Position numbers and translations under genes: made by a program
Virus record (IMG/VR): IMGVR_UViG_3300047548_001221
Coordinates: 1 to 59,036 of that record
Reading direction: 5' to 3' (one strand)
DNA from: a virus
Taxonomy: Duplodnaviria > Caudoviricetes
DNA: 59,036 nucleotides
In this document: positions 8,414 to 15,397 of the stretch, piece by piece
Layout of the letters: each line of letters starts with the position of its first letter
Position numbering within the stretch: position 1 is the first letter of the stretch
Notes under the pieces: model-generated
Seen by the model: only the letters and a program-made list of their open reading frames with translations
The model's database searches: none
What the model was told of the DNA's origin: nothing

Positions 8414-11400
8414 TTATATCCTGGATACTTGCAATAACTTGTCCTGTATAGAGTTACTTTGCGATATTTTTTCAGCAATGTTTCCCAAAAGATCAACAAC
8501 TTCTGACATAGAATTGCTGCCAGTATTACCTTGATTTCCAATATTTTCATCTATATTTGGTATTAATTTATCTACAAGTGTTGTTAATGCATCTCTAAAT
8601 TCTTGTGCTAACTTTTCAACTGATGAATTAACCGTATTTCCTTCATTGATCATTTCTTGTAACCTATCACCCAAAATATCTCCTACATCTCCACCAAAAG
8701 CTTTTGTACCTACGGTAGCTGGACCTAACTGATAATTTGTTGCTATACCGGAGTGTAATATGCTTTTCCATGCATCAGTGTCTGTGATATTTTTAGTTTT
8801 TTCATCATACGCACCAATTTTACTAGCTATTTTTTGTATAGCCGTTAAATCAGTTGTCATGTTCCCTTGATTAAATCCAGTGTATTCATTCACACCAAAT
8901 GCAGTTGGACCCATTTCGTCAGAAAATAATTTAACAGATTTCTTAGCTATAGATGCAATTTTTTCGGTTGGTATTACAGTTTCATTGCCATGTAATTCTA
9001 CTATGTATCCTGACTCAGGTCCTTCGAAAACACCTCCTTTTTCTGCTTTTGGTATTTTATCTTTATTAACTCCTGCAACCATTGTATCTGCTGAAGGTCG
9101 AATACCCTGTATTGCACCGGAAGATGAATAACTTGAAACTTTTTGCATCGTTTCATTTGCTAAAAATCCTCCTGCTTTTCTAACATCAATTCCTGCAATT
9201 TGACTTGTTGCTAACAAATTGGCTTGTTCTTGGGTCATGTTTCTTTCATCAAACCCCATTTTTGTAGCCATTTTTGTTTTACTACGTTCCATATACCAAG
9301 CAACGACATCTGCTGCTATCTTAGGATCATTAACTAAATCAGGATTTTTAACAAGTCTATCATCACCGAATATAGCACGTGATGCTGAAGCATAATTTGA
9401 TTTACCGGTTAATTGAATGTACCCTCTACCTCTATATTTCCATCCATCACCAGGTTCTAAATTGCCCATTCGTTTACCAATAGCAGTGTCTTTGCCATAC
9501 ATAAACTCACCCATAGATTCTGGATTTGATTTAATTCTGTTCAATTCTTCATCTGTTTTTCCTGCTGCTCTTGAACCGAATATTGATCGGATTCTTTCGT
9601 TTTTTGTTTTACTATAGTCTAGGTTTTCGTTGATGACTTTGCCACCAGATTCTTTCATGACGTTGCCTAAAACAGCATTTAAATAATTGCTATCCGTCAC
9701 ACCTCGCTTCATTAATGCAGCTTTGACTTCACCTAAATTCTGTTTTACATCTTGTTTGACTGAAGGAGGTGCTGACGGTGCGCTAGGTGCTGACGTATTT
9801 GCACTGGAATCTGGAGCAGATGATTCACTTTTTAAAGCTTCACGCAATCTTGAAGTGTCACCCACGCCGGCCCTAAGTGCATCTTCCATTGCCTCTTCAA
9901 TATTTTCTGGAATCTTCTTGATTCTATTATCAAATTTTGTAAAAGATGCACCAGTTGAACCCATGTCTTCAAGTGCAGTATCAAGTATTTTTGTAAATTC
10001 TTCAAATGTACCTGAAAGTTCTCTACTTGAGGTAGACAATCTACCAAAAATACCATCAGACGTTTCGTTAGGAGATCCAATGCCTCGCTGTACTGTAAAT
10101 GGATTCTGTTCTCCTAATTGTTTACGTAAATTTTCTTGTGCTTTGCGTAGTGCTTCTGCTTGCCCGGGTTCTGCAATTATACCTTCATCGGTGAGTCTTC
10201 CTGCAAGTTTTCCGTTTATAGTTATAGGTATGCCTTCTTCATTTTTCTTTTCACTTATTTCTTTTTTAGCTTTATCAATTTCTTTATTTGCATTATCGGT
10301 CATCTTAGCAATGCTGCCGCCAGCAGCTTCACCTATAGCTTTTCCACCTTTACTACCTAACCATCCGCCTACTGCTGCACCTATTATGCCACCAATTGCT
10401 ATTCCAATGGGGCCTCCGGCGGCCCCTAACACAGCACCTGCTTTGGCGCCTGCTAATGCTCCCCCTGTACCTGCTGCCGCGGCACCAACTCCTCCACCTA
10501 CTGCCTCACCTTTTTTCTCTCTAGCTTCTTCTTTAGTAATTTTACCTTCTTTTAATTCTTTTTCGGCTGCTTTTATTCCTTGATATATATCAACTACTCC
10601 TCCACCTACAGCAGCCGCTGTACTCACCACTGGTGCTGCGCTTGCTAATTTACTAAGAGGACCAGCTAAATTTGCTAAAGCTGTTCCAGCGCTTGTGGCC
10701 GCCGATGCTGCAGACGCGGCTCCAGACACAGTTGTTGCACCGGTTATTACTTTTTCTGCGTTTACTCCAGGTAACTTAGGTCCTCCACCTCCGCCACCAG
10801 GTGAAACTGTGCCACCTGTGCCCGGCAATCCACCTCTTGCTGCGCCACGCGCAGCATCAATTGCGTCTTTACCCCTAGAAGCCAACCCTCCTAATATTTT
10901 ACTTCCCTGTCCGAGTGCAAGTGCACCTAGGGCGGCGGCCGCTAATGTTGCTGCTATAGTGAGGCTATTGAATCCGCTTAGTAATGGGTTAGCCTCAGCT
11001 ACTAAATTATCAACAAATTTACCAAATTTTTGTTCGTATGTAGTTAACGCTGCACGTGCATCCTGTGAAGGATCTTTGCCGGCTTTTTTAGCAGCTTCTA
11101 TTCTATCCTTTTCAGCCTTATTTGCTTCTTTGAAATTTGTATCTCTTTGTTGATTAAATTTTTCTAATGCACTTTCTGAAATACCAAACAGTCTAGCAAC
11201 CTCTTTAGAAATTTGAGCTGCAAAACCAACATTGTCAATAGTTTCACCAAATTTTTTATTATATGCGTCTTGAAATTTAGACGTAGCCTGTTGTACATCA
11301 GCCCCATTTTGTATTGCTTGGCGCAGTTCTGTAAGGTCTTCCATGAGACCCATTCTAGTTAACGCTTGTGCTTCTTCACCTGATATAGTTCCTGTAGCTA

Positions 11401-12517
11401 AGAACGATCTAGCTCCTTTAGTTACTGTTTCATTACCTAACGCTGAGATTCTATCAAGTGTCTGCTGCCGTGCTTTTGCTTCGTCACGTAATTTTTTAGC
11501 TTCTTCTGTTCTTCCTTCTGCTTCTAATTTTCTTGCTTTGTTTTCTAATTGAATTTGAGAAATTTGCCATTCAACTGCTCTGGATGCTTCTTGTTGTTTT
11601 TTCTTTACAGCTTCGACGTCTTGACCTGTTAATGTAGCAAGTTCTAATAACGTATCTTGATATTCTAAGGACGCTCTTTGAAGCGCGGCCCTATCTTTCA
11701 TTTCAGCTTTTAGGTTTCTACCCGCCATGCTTTGCAAGGCAACATAGTCAGCCTGAGTTTGCAATAATTCTTCTTGACTTACACCTAATCTTTGGTATTC
11801 TTCACGTTGTTGATATGATATCTTTGCTAAGTCAGCAAAAGCTTTAACACTATCACCGGTATTTTTACCCAACAACATCATGTTAGAACCCATAGATGCT
11901 ATTGGTTTAGTAAATAACTCTAAGTTTTTAGATGTAAGATTGGCACCATGTGCCATCTGTAATAATTCTTTGCTTGTGAAAGAACCTGCTGTTCCGAACT
12001 TTGCTAATTGATCATTGGCTTTTAAAACTCGGTCAGCCTGTTCCATATATACGGAACTTAATTTACCAACTACATCAACTGTTGCTCCTAATGCTTTTCC
12101 TAAAAGACCAAATGTAGATAGAAATTGACCTATTGCCCCGGTAAATCCTTCGACAGATTTACCATATTTTTCAAAACCTGCTTTTTGACTAAGTAATTCT
12201 TTGCTAAAATCTTTTATAGCACCGGTACCGGCTTTTAGTGCTTCAGCTTGTGTCTTTAATTTCTTTTCGTATTCGTGTGCTGCTTTTAATTGATCAATTT
12301 GTGCTCTTGTCAACCCACGTGAACTATACCCTAGTTCTTCTAATTCTTTATCAACATCTCCTGCTGTGTTACCAAGACGATTAAAATATTTGATGGTATT
12401 TTCGCTAGGTGTGCTTGCTGCTCCAGGCATACGTGATGTTCCCAAAATCGAACTTTGGTCACGCATTGCACGTAACTCATCCAACATTGCAAGTAATATT
12501 TGTTTTTCTTCATCCAT
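8414..12517 (-). CDS. Tape-measure-like tail protein with GH19 (chitinase/lysozyme-type) peptidoglycan-hydrolase domain
   Basis: Long helical N-terminal region, glycine-zipper hydrophobic segment, GH19 motifs GNVMKESGG / ENLDYS / GDGWKYRGRGYIQLTGKSNY / LVKNPDLV (~9140-9740), and GGVFEGPESGYIVELHGNETVIP motif. Confidence 0.8.
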   Translation of the reverse strand: MDEEKQILLAMLDELRAMRDQSSILGTSRMPGAASTPSENTIKYFNRLGNTAGDVDKELEELGYSSRGLTRAQIDQLKAAHEYEKKLKTQAEALKAGTGAIKDFSKELLSQKAGFEKYGKSVEGFTGAIGQFLSTFGLLGKALGATVDVVGKLSSVYMEQADRVLKANDQLAKFGTAGSFTSKELLQMAHGANLTSKNLELFTKPIASMGSNMMLLGKNTGDSVKAFADLAKISYQQREEYQRLGVSQEELLQTQADYVALQSMAGRNLKAEMKDRAALQRASLEYQDTLLELATLTGQDVEAVKKKQQEASRAVEWQISQIQLENKARKLEAEGRTEEAKKLRDEAKARQQTLDRISALGNETVTKGARSFLATGTISGEEAQALTRMGLMEDLTELRQAIQNGADVQQATSKFQDAYNKKFGETIDNVGFAAQISKEVARLFGISESALEKFNQQRDTNFKEANKAEKDRIEAAKKAGKDPSQDARAALTTYEQKFGKFVDNLVAEANPLLSGFNSLTIAATLAAAALGALALGQGSKILGGLASRGKDAIDAARGAARGGLPGTGGTVSPGGGGGGPKLPGVNAEKVITGATTVSGAASAASAATSAGTALANLAGPLSKLASAAPVVSTAAAVGGGVVDIYQGIKAAEKELKEGKITKEEAREKKGEAVGGGVGAAAAGTGGALAGAKAGAVLGAAGGPIGIAIGGIIGAAVGGWLGSKGGKAIGEAAGGSIAKMTDNANKEIDKAKKEISEKKNEEGIPITINGKLAGRLTDEGIIAEPGQAEALRKAQENLRKQLGEQNPFTVQRGIGSPNETSDGIFGRLSTSSRELSGTFEEFTKILDTALEDMGSTGASFTKFDNRIKKIPENIEEAMEDALRAGVGDTSRLREALKSESSAPDSSANTSAPSAPSAPPSVKQDVKQNLGEVKAALMKRGVTDSNYLNAVLGNVMKESGGKVINENLDYSKTKNERIRSIFGSRAAGKTDEELNRIKSNPESMGEFMYGKDTAIGKRMGNLEPGDGWKYRGRGYIQLTGKSNYASASRAIFGDDRLVKNPDLVNDPKIAADVVAWYMERSKTKMATKMGFDERNMTQEQANLLATSQIAGIDVRKAGGFLANETMQKVSSYSSSGAIQGIRPSADTMVAGVNKDKIPKAEKGGVFEGPESGYIVELHGNETVIPTEKIASIAKKSVKLFSDEMGPTAFGVNEYTGFNQGNMTTDLTAIQKIASKIGAYDEKTKNITDTDAWKSILHSGIATNYQLGPATVGTKAFGGDVGDILGDRLQEMINEGNTVNSSVEKLAQEFRDALTTLVDKLIPNIDENIGNQGNTGSNSMSEVVDLLGNIAEKISQSNSIQDKLLQVSRI

Positions 12518-12528
12518 GGTTTTTGCAC

Positions 12529-12536
12529 ACTAAATA
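12529..12536 (+). promoter_or_regulatory. Late promoter (ACTAAATA) for the gp26-like gene
   Basis: One half of the inverted repeat ACTAAATA-N7-TATTTAGT. Confidence 0.65.
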
Positions 12537-12543
12537 TAATTAG

Positions 12544-12551
12544 TATTTAGT
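12544..12551 (-). promoter_or_regulatory. Late promoter (ACTAAATA) for the tape-measure gene
   Basis: Other half of the same inverted repeat, 26 nt upstream of ATG 12517. Confidence 0.65.
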
Positions 12552-12589
12552 ATTGGGCAAATACCAATTTTTAACTTAGAGGAAGATAA

Positions 12590-13420
12590 ATGTCACTATC
12601 AAATAACCCGCTAAAACAGTATTTTCGTAGACCAGCAGTCTATATTAAACTACCTAGTGGTGGAAAATACTATCCACCGGGTGTAATAGATATACCAGAA
12701 AACGGAGAATTACCAGTATATCCAATGACTGCAATTGATGAAATTACCACCAAAACTCCTGATGCACTATTCAATGGGTCAGCAATGACCGAGTTGATAA
12801 AGAGTTGTGTACCTAATATCAAGGATCCGTGGCAAATTAATAGTATGGACTTAGATGCAGTATTAATAGGTATACGTGCTGCTGCAAATGGCACAGATTT
12901 AGAAATAGAATCCACATGTCCTTCATGTAATGATTACGGAAAATATGGTATCAATTTGATTAACATGCTTGTTCAAATGAAACCCGGTGATTATGAAAAT
13001 GAATTTGTTATAAATGATCTTTCTATTAAATTTCGACCACTAAACTACAAAGAAATGAATGAAGCTAGTTTAGGACAATTTGAGTTACAACGTCTTTTTA
13101 TCGCGTTGGAAGATGAAAAAGATGATGAAGTTAAGAAAGAAAAAGGTCAAGAAGCACTGAAACAAGTAACACAGTTAACTATTAAGTTGTTAACTGGAGC
13201 TATCCAATATATACAAACACCAAGTATACGAGTTACTGAAAAAGAATATATCATGGATTTTTTGAATAATTGCGACAAAAATATGTACGTTGCAATTCGT
13301 GATCATAATGCTGTTCTTAAATCTACAACCGAAATAAAACCACTCAAAATAAAGTGTGTGCATTGTGGTCATCAATACGATCAACCATTCACATTAAATA
13401 CCGCTGATTTTTTCGGATGA
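12590..13420 (+). CDS. Baseplate hub protein (T4 gp26-like)
   Basis: LPSGGKYY, PMTAIDE, DLDAVLIGIR, CPSC and CVHC zinc-binding pairs, C-terminal DFFG; GAGGA RBS. Confidence 0.8.
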   Translation: MSLSNNPLKQYFRRPAVYIKLPSGGKYYPPGVIDIPENGELPVYPMTAIDEITTKTPDALFNGSAMTELIKSCVPNIKDPWQINSMDLDAVLIGIRAAANGTDLEIESTCPSCNDYGKYGINLINMLVQMKPGDYENEFVINDLSIKFRPLNYKEMNEASLGQFELQRLFIALEDEKDDEVKKEKGQEALKQVTQLTIKLLTGAIQYIQTPSIRVTEKEYIMDFLNNCDKNMYVAIRDHNAVLKSTTEIKPLKIKCVHCGHQYDQPFTLNTADFFG

Positions 13421-13644
13421 CGCTTCTTCGTCTCGATCCCGAGAGACTACAGAAGCTAATCGATGACTACGAAAAAGCAGTAATCGAGATTAAAAAAAAT
13501 GCCTTGCAAATGGCATGGTATATGCGGGGTGGTGCGACATATGAAGATATCTTAAATATGTCCGCCACCGAACGACAGCAAATCAATCAAATAATAGAAG
13601 GTAATTTAGAAGCCACTAAGAAATCCGGAATGCCGTTCTTCTAA
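13417..13644 (+). CDS. Baseplate hub assembly catalyst (gp51-like)
   Basis: 75 aa with WYMRGGATYEDILNMSATER; ATGA overlap with the gp26-like gene. Confidence 0.6.
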   Translation: MTLLRLDPERLQKLIDDYEKAVIEIKKNALQMAWYMRGGATYEDILNMSATERQQINQIIEGNLEATKKSGMPFF

Positions 13645-13698
13645 ATTTACCCATAACTATTCATTTATCTAATTTTTTTACGTTTATGTTTCTACTAA

Positions 13699-13742
13699 AG
13701 ATGTCCTTCGGACATCTAAGAATTCGCTGACGCTCATTCTTA
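13699..13742 (-). other. Tandem hairpins: 8-bp stem with C-GAA-G triloop and 7-bp stem with GAGCGTCAGCGA loop
   Basis: AGATGTCC/GGACATCT at 13699-13717 and TAAGAAT/ATTCTTA at 13717-13742. Confidence 0.75.
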
Positions 13743-13799
13743 TTTTCTTAACTCTTTTTACTCTGTATTCTCATATAGGTCATTTTAGTTACTCACTGC

Positions 13800-14145
13800 A
13801 CTTGAAGCCATGGTAGTGCTAATTAGCACTACCAATGGCTAAGACTAATCATGCCCGTCATCCATAGTTGTCTATCCCCCAGTGTTTAACTATTTCTGTT
13901 AACATCTGCTACCGGTTGCCCTGTAAAGTTTATGGGACTGTAGTGAAGCTATATCATTTAGTGATACTCTTCGGCAACGCACATTCTATATCATCAAGAC
14001 AAAGTAGATATAGACTTGTTGAGTGTTCGCTTTGTCGATTGCACTCTCGGTATTCCAAGAAAATTAATTCTTGCTACTCCAGAATCCGACGGCACAGCAC
14101 TACCTGTACAATCTCAAGGAGAGTCGAGGATCCCCGACCAAACAA
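13800..14145 (-). ncRNA. Putative large structured ncRNA, family not recognised
   Basis: No credible ORF; visibly more GC-rich than the flanking intergenic DNA; about 10 helices, a possible loop-loop pairing and a terminal 24-bp palindrome. Lies directly downstream of the resolvase stop on the same strand. Confidence 0.6.
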
Positions 14146-14162
14146 ATTTAACGACAAAAAGG

Positions 14163-14726
14163 TTATTTGAGTAAGTTTATTACTGATATGTTTTCGATAG
14201 ATGACTTGGTGTCTGTTTTGGATCTTGAGTATGTTTTAAGTAGGTCTTTGTTGTGTTTGAAAAAATGATCGAATTCAATTATGAGCCAATCATTATATTT
14301 TTTAGATGTATAGTACAAAAATTGGTCTGTAATCCAAGTTAGTTTAGATTGCACGCAAACAAACTTTCCTTTTCTATTAAATTTCATAAACAGTATGTTC
14401 AAATCATGTGGTTCTGATACTGTCATTACTTGATCTATCCAACTGTCTAATATCTTACAGTCTCCTGTTAATACTAGATGAAAAGGGAAATCCGCGTAAG
14501 ATTTGCATTCAGCGTTAAAAAATGAAAAGCTTTGTCCCGGAACAATGTCACCCTTAAAACTGCGAACTTGTCCCTCATGTAAGAATTCTTTTCGACTTTG
14601 ATTCTTACCGCCCACATAGGCTCCAGACCCCGGTGCTCGTATAAACGATTCGCCGTATGTTTTTGATAGATATGTTGCGATTTCTCGCTCAAAACTTGAT
14701 CCTTTTGCTTTCTGTGGACTGACCAT
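14163..14726 (-). CDS. Holliday junction resolvase-like PD-(D/E)XK nuclease (Hjc-like)
   Basis: KAKGSSFERE, GDIV, AECKS motifs. Confidence 0.75.
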   Translation of the reverse strand: MVSPQKAKGSSFEREIATYLSKTYGESFIRAPGSGAYVGGKNQSRKEFLHEGQVRSFKGDIVPGQSFSFFNAECKSYADFPFHLVLTGDCKILDSWIDQVMTVSEPHDLNILFMKFNRKGKFVCVQSKLTWITDQFLYYTSKKYNDWLIIEFDHFFKHNKDLLKTYSRSKTDTKSSIENISVINLLK

Positions 14727-15373
14727 TATGTTGACTTTTTGTTTTTACAGTTATCACCGTGCCAACGATGAAACATATTAATACTTATGCTCTTGTCGCA
14801 GTGCCTGCAAGTTTTTTTTATTTGTGAAGTATGTTTACCTTCGGCTAACATTTTTTGATTAATATCACCGCCTAAAAAATGATGTTTACCTTCAACCACT
14901 CGTTTTTTTGCTAGTTTTCGTTGGATCACCCCGCCAACAAACGGATTGGTTCCTTCTTCTACTCTTTTTAAATTTCTTGCTCTAGTAATTTCCCCGCTAT
15001 TTAAAAAATGGTGGGTTCCGTTCTTGACACGATCAGAACTAACACTAGTTCCATCATGTCTTTTAAGCAAATGATGTGTACCATCGGCAACTCTTTCTTG
15101 TGCCTGTTTAGATGAAAGATTTGATCTTTCTTCTGGTGTCAGATTCACTCTACTGCCGATCAAATTACATGCTCCCCAATCACCCTGATGATAATGTATA
15201 TCATAGTGTTCTTGTATTGTAACTAACTTCAAATTAGATATATTATTGTTATCATGGTTGCCGTCAATATGGTGTATGTCCATTGGTCTACCGTCTTTAT
15301 CTTTTGGAATAGATCCAAAATGCTTTTTGTAGATATCCCGATGATTATTAGGTTTGTTATGTGAACTAGGCAT
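14726..15373 (-). CDS. HNH homing endonuclease
   Basis: DIHHIDGNHDNNNISNL...EHYDIH; five RVxxGTHHF-type repeats; C-terminal CRHC...HRWHGDNC. Confidence 0.85.
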   Translation of the reverse strand: MPSSHNKPNNHRDIYKKHFGSIPKDKDGRPMDIHHIDGNHDNNNISNLKLVTIQEHYDIHYHQGDWGACNLIGSRVNLTPEERSNLSSKQAQERVADGTHHLLKRHDGTSVSSDRVKNGTHHFLNSGEITRARNLKRVEEGTNPFVGGVIQRKLAKKRVVEGKHHFLGGDINQKMLAEGKHTSQIKKTCRHCDKSISINMFHRWHGDNCKNKKST

Positions 15374-15378
15374 ATATT

Positions 15379-15386
15379 TATTTATG
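15379..15386 (-). promoter_or_regulatory. Late promoter (CATAAATA), probably giving a leaderless HNH mRNA
   Basis: Only 5 nt (AATAT) between the motif and ATG 15373. Confidence 0.65.
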
Positions 15387-15397
15387 CTTAGTTAAAT

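Noticed and set aside
13800-14160. Group I or II intron, tmRNA, RNase P RNA or tRNA identity for the structured region
   Set aside because: TACAGTCC resembles a group I S element but no matching upstream R element or interrupted exons were found; no group II domain V, no GAGGAAAGTCC, no T-arm plus CCA end. A covariance-model search is still needed.
13868-14170. 100-aa plus-strand ORF over the structured region
   Set aside because: TTG start, no RBS, atypical Cys/Arg/Ser-rich composition, overlaps the resolvase stop; base-pairing explains the region better.
14726-15373. IscB/OMEGA-type RNA-guided nuclease
   Set aside because: No PLMP or split RuvC motifs; looks like a free-standing phage HNH, and the resolvase gene separates it from the RNA.
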